Position numbers and translations under genes: made by a program
From: Bacteroidia bacterium
Lineage (GTDB): Bacteria; Bacteroidota; Bacteroidia; Bacteroidales; VadinHA17
Assembly: GCA_026391555.1 (NCBI GenBank)
Contig: JAPLEB010000057.1
Location: 17,934-81,933, forward strand
Direction: 5' to 3'
DNA length: 64,000 nucleotides
The notes under the pieces: model-generated
What the model saw: the letters and a program-made list of their open reading frames with translations, nothing else
Database searches by the model: none
Told to the model about the DNA's origin: nothing
Shown here: positions 9,662 through 18,327 of the stretch, in pieces
Layout: each line of letters begins with the position of its first letter
How positions within the stretch are numbered: the first letter of the stretch is position 1

Positions 9662-12600
9662 TTATTTATATTCATCCCAACTCTTAATTTCCAGGTCGTC
9701 TATGCTCATACGGCAGAAAGCCAGTATAAACGCACTTGCCAGCCGTGCATTGGTAATTAGAGGAACGTTATAGTCAACAGCACTTCTTCTTATGGTATAG
9801 TCGTTATTAAGTTCTTTATCGGAAAGATCTTTAGGGATGTTCACGACCATATCTACCTCGCGCGATTTGATAAGCTCTATTGTGTTTGGTGATTTGTTCT
9901 CGTCAGGCCAGTATGCTACATGTGCTTCAACGCCTGCATTTTTAAGGAACTGCCAAGTGCCTCGTGTTGCATAAAGTTTATGTCCTTTTTCCCGAAGCGC
10001 CTTAGCACTGTTTAGCAGTTCTACTTTTGAACGGGCCGGCCCGGTTGAAAGCAGAATACTCTTTATAGGAACCCTGTAACCAACAGAAAACATGGCTTTA
10101 AGTATTGCTTCATAAAAACCTTCTCCGATGCATCCGACTTCTCCTGTTGATGACATGTCAACTCCAAGAACAGGGTCGGCTTTTGCAAGACGCGAAAAGC
10201 TGAACTGAGGTGCTTTAACTCCGACATAATCGAGTTCGAATACCGTTTTACCCGGCTTTTCAGCCGGAACGCCAAGCATCACTTTTGTAGCAAGTTCAAT
10301 GAGGTTGATTTTAAGGACTTTTGAAACAAAGGGCATGCTGCGGCTTGCACGCAGGTTACATTCGATAACCTTAATGTCATTGTCTTTTGCAAGAAATTGG
10401 ATATTAAATGGACCTGAAATATTCAATTCTTTTGCTATATGGCGTGAAATTCGTTTAATACGTCTGGCTGTTTCAAAATATATTTTCTGGGCAGGGAATA
10501 CTATAGTTGCATCTCCTGAGTGAACACCTGCAAATTCTACATGCTCACTGATGGCATAAGCTATCATTTCCCCGTTCCTGGCCACCGCATCCATTTCGAT
10601 CTCCTTGGCATTCTCAATAAATTCAGAAACAACAACAGGATATTGTTTTGAAACCTGTGCTGCAAGCTCAAGGTAATGTGAAAGTTCATTTCTGTTTGAG
10701 ACTACATTCATGGCAGCTCCTGATAAAACATAAGAAGGTCTTATAAGAACTGGGAACCCGATACGGTCGACAAATTCAAAAATGTCATCAATCGAGGAGA
10801 GTTCTTTCCAACGAGGCTGGTCAACAAAAAGGTTATCAAGCATTTTTGAAAATTTATGCCTGTTTTCTGCCCTGTCGATAGAAACCGGTGAGGTGCCAAG
10901 CACCGGCACATTCTCTTTGTAAAGCCTCATTGCCAGATTATTGGGGATCTGACCGCCAACAGACACGATAACACCACCAGGGTTCTCCAGCTCAATAATA
11001 TCCAGCACTCTTTCGAAAGTCAGTTCATCGAAGTAAAGCCTGTCGCATATATCATAATCAGTACTTACAGTTTCGGGATTGTAGTTTATCATTACAGATC
11101 TGAATCCTTCTTTTTTTATTGTATCAATTGCATTCACAGAACACCAGTCGAATTCAACACTCGAGCCTATCCTGTATGCACCGGATCCCAGAACAATTAC
11201 CGATTTTTTATCTGTCTCACAAATTATGTCATGTTCAGAACCACTGTATGTAAGGTAGAGATAATTGGTAATAGCTGGATATTCAGCAGCAAGAGTATCA
11301 ATTTGTTTAATATATGGGAAAATACCTAACGATTTCCGATAGTTTCTCACTTTCATAAGATCGTCGTTGATGTCGGCCGTCCCGGATTTGAGTACAAGCC
11401 GGGCAATCTGAAAATCGCTGAATCCATTTATCTTGGAGTGGGAGAGCAGATCTGTCGGAATGGATTCGAGGGTTTGAAATTTACAAAGCTCATCTTTAAT
11501 ATTGATAATATTTTTCAGCTTAAAGAGGAACCATTTATCAATTTTTGTCAGTTCATAAATTTTTTCAACAGGTATCCCTGTTTCGAGGGCTTTGGCAATT
11601 GAAAAGATCCGCATATCTGTCGGTTCGGCAAGTTCCCTCTCAATATCTTCAAAGCCAAGGTCACGGTTACCGGTAAAGCCGTGCATTCCCTGCCCGATCA
11701 TTCTTAATCCTTTTTGAATAACCTCTTCAAAGGTTCTTCCGATAGCCATAACCTCCCCGACACTTTTCATGCTGCTGCCGATGAGGTGCGACACTCCTTC
11801 GAATTTATTCAGGTCCCACCGCGGGATCTTACATACAATATAATCAAGTGCCGGCTCAAAGCAGGCAGTTGTATTTTTGGTAACAGAGTTTTTCAGTTCA
11901 TGAAGTCCGTATCCCATTCCAAGCTTTGCAGCTATAAATGCGAGTGGATAACCTGTTGCTTTTGAGGCAAGCGCACTAGACCGCGATAAACGGGCATTCA
12001 CTTCGATGACCCTGTAGTCTTCAGAATCGGGAGCGAGAGCATATTGGACATTACATTCACCTACTATTCCGATATGCCTGATTATCCTTATGGAAAGTTC
12101 CCGGAGTTTATGGTATTCACTGTTTGTCAGAGTCTGGGAAGGAGCAACCACTATGCTTTCACCGGTATGAATGCCAAGCGGATCAAAATTCTCCATGTTA
12201 CATACAGTTATGCAATTATCATATTTATCCCTTACAACCTCATATTCAACCTCTTTCCAACCCTTTAGCGATTCTTCAACTAGGATCTGGTTTGTAAATG
12301 AAAATGCCTTTGAAGCAAGTGTCCTGAGTTCTTCAACATTCGAAGCAAAACCACTTCCCTGGCCACCCATAGTATATGCTGCCCTGATTATAATGGGGAA
12401 TCCGAGTCTTCCGGCGGCTTCTATTGCTTCATCAACTCCCCGTACTGCAATACTGTTTGGTGTTTTTATTTCTATCTCACCCAGTTTCTTTATGAAAAGC
12501 TCACGATCCTCGGTATCCATTATAGCCGAAACCGGGGTCCCCAGAACTTTCACATTATATTTTTCAAATACTCCTGATTTATAAAGTTCGGTTCCACAAT

Positions 12601-12883
12601 TTAGCGCTGTCTGTCCGCCAAATGATAATAGAATTCCATCAGGCTTCTCTTTAGCAATCACCTTCTCGACAAAATATGGAGTAACCGGTAGGAAATAGAT
12701 CTTGTCAGCAAGCTCTTCAGAGGTCTGAACTGTTGCAATATTCGGATTTATTAAAACTGTTATAACATCTTCCTCTTTTAATGCTTTAAGAGCCTGGGAG
12801 CCGGAGTAATCAAATTCACCTGCTTCACCGATTTTCAGTGCTCCCGATCCCAGGATGATCACCTTTTTTACTACATCTTTCAT
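9662..12883 (-). CDS. carB: Carbamoyl-phosphate synthase large subunit
   Basis: 1073 aa with duplicated ATP-grasp halves (..VLIRPSYVLSGAAM.., ..IIRAAYTMGGQG..) and a C-terminal MGS-like domain. Confidence 0.95.
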   Translation of the reverse strand: MKDVVKKVIILGSGALKIGEAGEFDYSGSQALKALKEEDVITVLINPNIATVQTSEELADKIYFLPVTPYFVEKVIAKEKPDGILLSFGGQTALNCGTELYKSGVFEKYNVKVLGTPVSAIMDTEDRELFIKKLGEIEIKTPNSIAVRGVDEAIEAAGRLGFPIIIRAAYTMGGQGSGFASNVEELRTLASKAFSFTNQILVEESLKGWKEVEYEVVRDKYDNCITVCNMENFDPLGIHTGESIVVAPSQTLTNSEYHKLRELSIRIIRHIGIVGECNVQYALAPDSEDYRVIEVNARLSRSSALASKATGYPLAFIAAKLGMGYGLHELKNSVTKNTTACFEPALDYIVCKIPRWDLNKFEGVSHLIGSSMKSVGEVMAIGRTFEEVIQKGLRMIGQGMHGFTGNRDLGFEDIERELAEPTDMRIFSIAKALETGIPVEKIYELTKIDKWFLFKLKNIINIKDELCKFQTLESIPTDLLSHSKINGFSDFQIARLVLKSGTADINDDLMKVRNYRKSLGIFPYIKQIDTLAAEYPAITNYLYLTYSGSEHDIICETDKKSVIVLGSGAYRIGSSVEFDWCSVNAIDTIKKEGFRSVMINYNPETVSTDYDICDRLYFDELTFERVLDIIELENPGGVIVSVGGQIPNNLAMRLYKENVPVLGTSPVSIDRAENRHKFSKMLDNLFVDQPRWKELSSIDDIFEFVDRIGFPVLIRPSYVLSGAAMNVVSNRNELSHYLELAAQVSKQYPVVVSEFIENAKEIEMDAVARNGEMIAYAISEHVEFAGVHSGDATIVFPAQKIYFETARRIKRISRHIAKELNISGPFNIQFLAKDNDIKVIECNLRASRSMPFVSKVLKINLIELATKVMLGVPAEKPGKTVFELDYVGVKAPQFSFSRLAKADPVLGVDMSSTGEVGCIGEGFYEAILKAMFSVGYRVPIKSILLSTGPARSKVELLNSAKALREKGHKLYATRGTWQFLKNAGVEAHVAYWPDENKSPNTIELIKSREVDMVVNIPKDLSDKELNNDYTIRRSAVDYNVPLITNARLASAFILAFCRMSIDDLEIKSWDEYK

Positions 12884-12900
12884 CGTCAGGATTTGAGGAT

Positions 12901-12908
12901 CAAAAATA
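12901..12908 (-). promoter_or_regulatory. Candidate Bacteroidota -7 box (TAnnTTTG) for carB
   Basis: The plus strand reads CAAAAATA, which is TATTTTTG on the minus strand, 17 nt upstream of the carB ATG. Confidence 0.3.
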
Positions 12909-12946
12909 GCAAAAATATTTTAATTTTGGTTTGAAATAATAAAAAA

Positions 12947-12985
12947 ATGAATATATTTGCAAAATTAATGAATAAATATGCAAAA
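12947..12985 (+). promoter_or_regulatory. Two tandem ARG-box-like 18-mers (putative ArgR operator)
   Basis: ATGAATATATTTGCAAAA (12947-12964) and ATGAATAAATATGCAAAA (12968-12985) are 16/18 identical with a 3-bp spacer. They overlap the argR -7 box and ATG. Confidence 0.45.
12952..12959 (+). promoter_or_regulatory. Candidate -7 box (TATATTTG) for argR
   Basis: Exact TAnnTTTG match 18 nt upstream of the ATG. TTTG motifs at 12925-12928 and 12930-12933 could serve as the -33 element. Confidence 0.35.
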
Positions 12986-13454
12986 AACAAAAAGACTTCT
13001 GGCAATTGAAAAAATAATTACGGAGGCCCATATTGCAACACAGGAAGAGTTACTTAAAAAACTGAAAGGGAAAGGGATAAGCTGTACTCAGGCTACACTA
13101 TCCCGAAATTTAAGGCAGCTAGGGGTTGGGCGTGTTCCCGATGGAACCGGAGCATATAAATATTCTTTGTCAGAAAATATCAGAAGTTCGGCCAATTCGC
13201 CGTTAAAGTTAAATATAGTTCCTGTAATTCAGGATATTGTTGAGGCGAAGGGACTGATAGTAATAAAGACAATACCGGGAAATGCAAGTAATACGGCATT
13301 TTTTATCGATGGCGCCGGGAGATATGAAATAGCCGGTACCATTGCCGGTGATGATACTATCCTTCTTATCCCCAGAGATGGAATAACCCTTCAGCAGGTA
13401 CACACCTGTCTGGAAATTATTCTTCCGGGGATACATGAACAGATTAAGAAGTAG
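12978..13454 (+). CDS. argR: Arginine repressor ArgR
   Basis: 158 aa. An N-terminal wHTH (..TQEELLKKLKGKGISCTQATLSRNLRQLG) and a C-terminal oligomerisation/arginine-binding domain (GTIAGDDTILLI). Confidence 0.85.
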   Translation: MQKTKRLLAIEKIITEAHIATQEELLKKLKGKGISCTQATLSRNLRQLGVGRVPDGTGAYKYSLSENIRSSANSPLKLNIVPVIQDIVEAKGLIVIKTIPGNASNTAFFIDGAGRYEIAGTIAGDDTILLIPRDGITLQQVHTCLEIILPGIHEQIKK

Positions 13455-13488
13455 TAAGAAAGACAAAAGACAAAAGTCACAAGTTGAG

Positions 13489-13600
13489 GAACGAAGTGAC
13501 GAACCGAAGCGAAGCTGAGCTCGGCGAAGCCAAATCCCGCTTCGGCGGAGACAAAAGGAATATCACTTAGTTCCCCTCCTTGGAGGGGCCAGGGGTGGGT
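13489..13600. repeat. GC-rich structured intergenic element between argR and argG
   Basis: ccgaagcg (13504-13511) pairs with cgcttcgg (13538-13545), and cccctcc (13573-13579) pairs with ggagggg (13582-13588). The gacaaaag motif occurs 3x nearby. The element is sharply GC-richer than its surroundings. Confidence 0.35.
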
Positions 13601-13650
13601 TAAAACAAGGTAAAAGTTAAAAATCAAATGGCAAATAAATTAATAGAATT

Positions 13651-14883
13651 ATGAAAGAAAAAGTTGTTCTCGCGTACAGTGGCGGCTTGGATACTTCGGT
13701 AATACTTAAATGGTTAATAGAAAAGAATTATGAGGTTATTGCTTTTGTGGCAGATGTAGGGCAAGCCGATAATTTTGAAGAGTGCAGGGCAAAAGCCTTA
13801 TTACTTGGGGCATCCAAAGTAATTATTTCTGACCTGAAGAGGGAATTTATTGATAACTATGTTCTTAAAGCTATAATGGCAAATGCCATTTATGAAGACA
13901 GGTATCTGCTCGGCACAGCGCTTGCCAGGCCTTTGATAGCAAAAAAGCAGATTGAAGTGGCTAAACAGGAGGGGGCTAATGCAGTGGCTCATGGTGCAAC
14001 GGGAAAAGGCAATGACCAGGTAAGGTTTGAACTCTGCTACTATGCCCTGATGCCCGGTGTTAAAGTTATTTCACCCTGGAAAGACAAAGAGTTCCTTGCG
14101 ACTTTTAAAGGAAGGACTGATCTTCTTAAATATGCTGCTGAGAAAAAGATTCCTGTCAAGGCTAGTATAGATAAGCCTTACAGTGAAGATGATAACCTGA
14201 TGCATATTAGTCATGAGGCCGGAGTTTTGGAAGATCCTATGTACACACTGCATAAGAACATGCTTGAAAAGATGGTAATGCCACAGGATGCTCCCGACAA
14301 GGAGACACGGATAGTTGTTCATTTCAAAAACGGTATACCGGTAAAAGTTATCAATAAAGATGATGGAACAGTAAAAGATGATTCGTTCGATCTTTTCGTT
14401 TATCTGAATAAGATTGCAGGTAAAAACGGCATTGGTCTGCTCGATATGGTTGAGAACAGGTTTGTAGGGATCAAATCCAGAGGGGTATATGAAACTCCGG
14501 GTGCCACTATCCTTCATATTGCCCACAGGGATATTGAAGGGATTGCTATGGACAGAGAGGTTATGCGATTGAGGAATATGCTTACCCCAAAGTTTGCCGA
14601 GCTTATTTACAATGGATTTTGGTTCAGCCCTGAGATGGATTTTCTTATGGCCGCTATTGAAAAGAGCCAGGAGCTTATTGATGGCAGCGTTCATCTCTGC
14701 CTTTATAAAGGCAATGTTATTATTGAAGGTCGTGAATCACCATCTTCTCTGTACAATAAAAAACTGTCGAGCATGGATATTGAAGGCGGTTTTGATCAGA
14801 CTGACAGCAAGGGCTTTATAAGGATAAATGCAATAAGGCTGATGGCTCACAGGGCTATCGTTGAAGCAAGTCAGAAAAAATAA
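13651..14883 (+). CDS. argG: Argininosuccinate synthase
   Basis: AYSGGLDTS (ATP-PPase motif) and [14 protein letters not shown]. 410 aa. Confidence 0.95.
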   Translation: MKEKVVLAYSGGLDTSVILKWLIEKNYEVIAFVADVGQADNFEECRAKALLLGASKVIISDLKREFIDNYVLKAIMANAIYEDRYLLGTALARPLIAKKQIEVAKQEGANAVAHGATGKGNDQVRFELCYYALMPGVKVISPWKDKEFLATFKGRTDLLKYAAEKKIPVKASIDKPYSEDDNLMHISHEAGVLEDPMYTLHKNMLEKMVMPQDAPDKETRIVVHFKNGIPVKVINKDDGTVKDDSFDLFVYLNKIAGKNGIGLLDMVENRFVGIKSRGVYETPGATILHIAHRDIEGIAMDREVMRLRNMLTPKFAELIYNGFWFSPEMDFLMAAIEKSQELIDGSVHLCLYKGNVIIEGRESPSSLYNKKLSSMDIEGGFDQTDSKGFIRINAIRLMAHRAIVEASQKK

Positions 14884-14927
14884 TTATAATAATAAAGTGT
14901 TTATCAAATAATTAACCATTCTATTAT

Positions 14928-16289
14928 ATGAAACTATGGGAAAAAGGGATTAATCCCGAGCCGGCAATTATCGAATTCACGGCAGGTAAAGACAGAAAAA
15001 CCGATCTGGCCCTCACAAAATGGGATATAATTGGTTCAATGGCTCATGTAATAATGCTTAATGATGTAGGATTAATTTCAGTAGATGAGAAAAATGACTT
15101 ATTAAAAGCTCTTCATTCTCTTTTTGTATGGGACGAGGAGGGAAGCCTGGTAATTGAAAAAGATGTTGAGGACATCCATTCACAGATTGAAAAAGAGATG
15201 TCCTCAATTCTTGGAACAACCGGCAAGAAAATTCATACCGGACGGTCAAGAAACGACCAGGTGCTTGTTGATATACGGCTCTATACAAGAGAGGAGATCG
15301 ATAAGCTCTCGGTTCTGATCCACAGGCTTTTTACCAAACTACAGTCCTTAAGTGAGCAGTATAAGGACGTTCTGTTACCGGGCTATACCCATATGCAGCC
15401 AGCTATGGTCTCGTCATTTGGATTATGGTTTGGAGCATATGCAGAGTGTCTGGCAGATGATGTCTTTCTGCTTTCCGGGGCAAGGGCCCTCAATAATCAG
15501 AATCCTCTGGGAACAGCAGCAGGCTACGGAACTACATTACCCATAAACAGGAAACTGACATCAGAACTCCTCGAATTTGATGATCTTCTCTACAACTCAG
15601 CCTATGCAAGCCTGAGCAGAGGTAAGATAGAAATGGCGATTGCCTCCGCTTTGGCGTCAGTTGCCCAGACTCTTTCACGTTTCTCAATGGATATCTGTCT
15701 TTACATGACTTCTGAATTCAGGTTTATAGATTTTCCTGATGAATATGTGACCGGATCAAGTATTATGCCCCAGAAAAGAAACCCTGACGTTTTCGAATTG
15801 ATAAGAGCCCGTTCAAATGTAATTCAAACCCTGCCAAACCAGATTGCAATCCTTACCAGCAACCTGCCGTCAGGATATAACAGAGATCTCCAACTGCTTA
15901 AACAGCTGGTATTTGATGCATTCAGCGAATTGAGGGAGTGCATCGAGATTATGATTTTGATGCTGAATAATATTAAGATCAAGAAAAACATTACTGAGAA
16001 CCCCTTATATAATACTCTTTTCAGTACAGAAGAGGTGAACCGGCTGGTGAAGCAGGGCATTCCTTTCAGAGATGCATATAAGGCAGTATCTGAAATGGTT
16101 AAGAATGCTTCTTTTTCAAAAACATCAATATCCGATTATGTTCATGAAGGAAGTATAGGCAACCTGTGTAACAAAGAGATAGCTGATCTTTTTGAAGAGA
16201 GAATGAAGTCTTTTAAAAACACTACAGCAACTGAACTTGCAGATAAGATGATGCATCATGTAACAAATGGAAATACCCCGGCCCAATAA
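14928..16289 (+). CDS. argH: Argininosuccinate lyase
   Basis: Fumarate-lyase signature GSSIMPQKRNPD, TGRSRNDQV and LPGYTHMQPA. 453 aa. Confidence 0.95.
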   Translation: MKLWEKGINPEPAIIEFTAGKDRKTDLALTKWDIIGSMAHVIMLNDVGLISVDEKNDLLKALHSLFVWDEEGSLVIEKDVEDIHSQIEKEMSSILGTTGKKIHTGRSRNDQVLVDIRLYTREEIDKLSVLIHRLFTKLQSLSEQYKDVLLPGYTHMQPAMVSSFGLWFGAYAECLADDVFLLSGARALNNQNPLGTAAGYGTTLPINRKLTSELLEFDDLLYNSAYASLSRGKIEMAIASALASVAQTLSRFSMDICLYMTSEFRFIDFPDEYVTGSSIMPQKRNPDVFELIRARSNVIQTLPNQIAILTSNLPSGYNRDLQLLKQLVFDAFSELRECIEIMILMLNNIKIKKNITENPLYNTLFSTEEVNRLVKQGIPFRDAYKAVSEMVKNASFSKTSISDYVHEGSIGNLCNKEIADLFEERMKSFKNTTATELADKMMHHVTNGNTPAQ

Positions 16290-16299
16290 CCCCCCCCCC
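16290..16299 (+). repeat. C10 homopolymer immediately after the argH stop codon
   Basis: Ten consecutive C (16290-16299). It is followed by a C6 run (16319-16324) that can pair with G5 (16337-16341). Confidence 0.9.
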
Positions 16300-16428
16300 A
16301 TCATTCCTGACCTTTTTACCCCCCTACCTTCCAAATGGGGGCTTTGTTAATTACATAAAATCGACCTGTTCAGCTGATTTCTATCTATAATTAATCTCTT
16401 ACGGGATTAATAAAATGATTTCCTTTTT

Positions 16429-16468
16429 AAATTATTGGCAGCATTTCTTGTTTTGCTGCCAATAATTT
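16429..16468 (+). repeat. Perfect 15-bp inverted repeat (hairpin) abutting the first start codon of the defence operon
   Basis: aaattattggcagca (16429-16443) and tgctgccaataattt (16454-16468) with a 10-nt loop. The right arm covers the first two bases of the TTG start at 16467. Confidence 0.7.
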
Positions 16469-17246
16469 GTTTACCTTTAGCAAAAAATTTAATACCTTCG
16501 AAAAGAAACTTTACATACCACAGTTTAAAATAAGGTTCGAAAACAAGTTAGTTTTCAGCACTATAGATATCCTTTCCTTTTACAGAGAGATAGAACCAGA
16601 CATTCCATCTACTACAGTAAACTGGAGGGTCTACAAATTGGTTGACAATGGAATAATAGTACGCATCGGAAGAGGAAAATTTAAACTTGGTAAAGGATCT
16701 TTTTATTTTCCTGAAGTTGATAATCGGATTATCAGGATCAATAAATTCATTAAAGAAAAGTTTCCTTATATTCAATATTGTATCTGGGGATCGTATTCCA
16801 TGATCGAATTTGGTCATCACATTCCAAAAACTAATATCATATTTGTTGATGCTGACAGGGATTCAACAGAGTCTGTTTATCACTCCTTAAAAGAAGAATA
16901 TAGGGATGTATTTTATAAACCGGGTAAAGATCTCCTGAGTAACTATATCAATGATCTAAAAAGTGTAATAATTGCACGTCCTTTAGTTTCTGAAGCACCT
17001 TTACAAATTATAAAAAACGTACCTACCATAACTATTGAAAAGCTTCTTGTTGATGCTTTAGTTGATGAGGAATTTGGATTCCTGAAAGGGAATGAAATTA
17101 TTCATGTTTTTGAGAATGCCTTTGAACGTTATATTTTAAATATCAGTAAAATGATCAGATACTCAGACAGAAAAAGAAAGAAGCCGGAATTGCTTCAAAT
17201 ACTTAATAACTATAATTTGGCAGCATACCAGGATTTACTGCCATAA
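16467..17246 (+). CDS. AbiEi-like antitoxin/transcription regulator (N-terminal winged-helix; possibly the DUF6577-type partner of AbiEii)
   Basis: 259 aa. N-terminal ..FSTIDILSFYREIEPDIPSTTVNWRVYKLVDNGIIVRIGRGKFKLG resembles the AbiEi wHTH (..G.l.rv.rG.Y). It ends 9 nt upstream of an AbiEii gene. The only in-frame start ahead of the wHTH is TTG. Confidence 0.55.
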   Translation: MFTFSKKFNTFEKKLYIPQFKIRFENKLVFSTIDILSFYREIEPDIPSTTVNWRVYKLVDNGIIVRIGRGKFKLGKGSFYFPEVDNRIIRINKFIKEKFPYIQYCIWGSYSMIEFGHHIPKTNIIFVDADRDSTESVYHSLKEEYRDVFYKPGKDLLSNYINDLKSVIIARPLVSEAPLQIIKNVPTITIEKLLVDALVDEEFGFLKGNEIIHVFENAFERYILNISKMIRYSDRKRKKPELLQILNNYNLAAYQDLLP

Positions 17247-17255
17247 ATTTGAAAT

Positions 17256-18314
17256 ATGATATCAAATAAATCATTAAGTTTAGAATGGATCAATGAAGTC
17301 TCAGCAAAGAACAATAAAGCTGATAAAATCCTGATAGAAAAAGTCATTCGGGCATTGCTATTACTTGAGGGACTTGCAGAATCCGAATTTTCATTTGTAT
17401 TCAAAGGAGGTACTGCATTAATGTTGATGTTTGGTAGTGCAAGGAGGTTATCAATTGACATCGATATAATTGTACCTGAAAATATTGATTTCAAAAGTAT
17501 TTTTGAGAACATGGTAAAAACAAAATGGTTTACCCGTTACTCTGAGCAGAAAAGGAAGATAAAATCAAAAATACCAAAATCACACTTTAAATTTTTTTAT
17601 AAACCGGTTTATCGAACCTCAGAAGCTGAAGATTATGTCCTGTTAGATATTCTATTTGATAAAACTCATTATCAAAAACTTGTGAGTATATCTGTTGATT
17701 CTGCTTTTGTGGAACAGGAAGGGCCCCCTGCTAATGTTTCAGTCCCATGTTTTGATGACATACTTGGCGATAAGCTAACTGCTTATGCTCCAAATACAAC
17801 TGGAATCCCCTATCAAAAAAATGGGAATAGTCAGGCTATGGAAATAATTAAACAGTTATACGATATAGGATATTTGTTTAACAGATTCGAAGATCTTTCA
17901 GTCGTCGCAAAAACTTTTAATGAATATGTTAATGTAGAATCTGGTTACAGAGGTATAAATGTGAATCCGGAGGATGTTGTGGATGATATTTTTCAAACCT
18001 CATTGCTTCTGGGAACAAGGGGGATGGAAGGTAAAGGAGATTTTACGGCACTTCTTGCAGGAATAACTCAAATCAGGCAGTTTATCTTCTCAGAATTATA
18101 TCATATTGACAAAGCAATTACACATTCAGCTAAAGCTTCATATCTGGCTATAGCCATTAGGAAAAAGATACCTTCATTGGAGAAATATAAAGAACCTGGT
18201 CAGATTAAGAATTGGATTATCGAACAGCCATTCCACACCAGATTAAATAAACTCAAAAAGTCAAATCCGGAAGCATTTTTTTACTGGTATAAAATATATG
18301 AACTAACTAAGTAA
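17256..18314 (+). CDS. AbiEii/AbiGii-family nucleotidyltransferase toxin (type IV TA / abortive infection)
   Basis: FVFKGGTALMLMFGSARRLSIDIDIIV carries the pol-beta-type NTase motif (hGG..., DxD). 352 aa, a typical length for the family. Confidence 0.8.
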   Translation: MISNKSLSLEWINEVSAKNNKADKILIEKVIRALLLLEGLAESEFSFVFKGGTALMLMFGSARRLSIDIDIIVPENIDFKSIFENMVKTKWFTRYSEQKRKIKSKIPKSHFKFFYKPVYRTSEAEDYVLLDILFDKTHYQKLVSISVDSAFVEQEGPPANVSVPCFDDILGDKLTAYAPNTTGIPYQKNGNSQAMEIIKQLYDIGYLFNRFEDLSVVAKTFNEYVNVESGYRGINVNPEDVVDDIFQTSLLLGTRGMEGKGDFTALLAGITQIRQFIFSELYHIDKAITHSAKASYLAIAIRKKIPSLEKYKEPGQIKNWIIEQPFHTRLNKLKKSNPEAFFYWYKIYELTK

Positions 18315-18327
18315 CAATAATATACTA

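Noticed and set aside
13391-13627. 78-aa minus-strand ORF spanning the argR 3' end and the structured spacer.
   Set aside because: It overlaps argR and is created by the GC-rich hairpin element (..HPWPLQGGELS..). It looks like a translation artefact of a repeat or structure, not a gene.
14071-14694. Long antisense ORFs inside conserved genes: 207 aa in argG, and also 47562-48170 (202 aa, in lysS), 37704-38195 (163 aa, in mrdA), 12171-12584 (137 aa, in carB) and 7066-7449 (127 aa, in recQ).
   Set aside because: All lie fully inside strongly conserved genes on the opposite strand. They have odd, low-complexity composition and no recognisable motifs. They are typical shadow ORFs.
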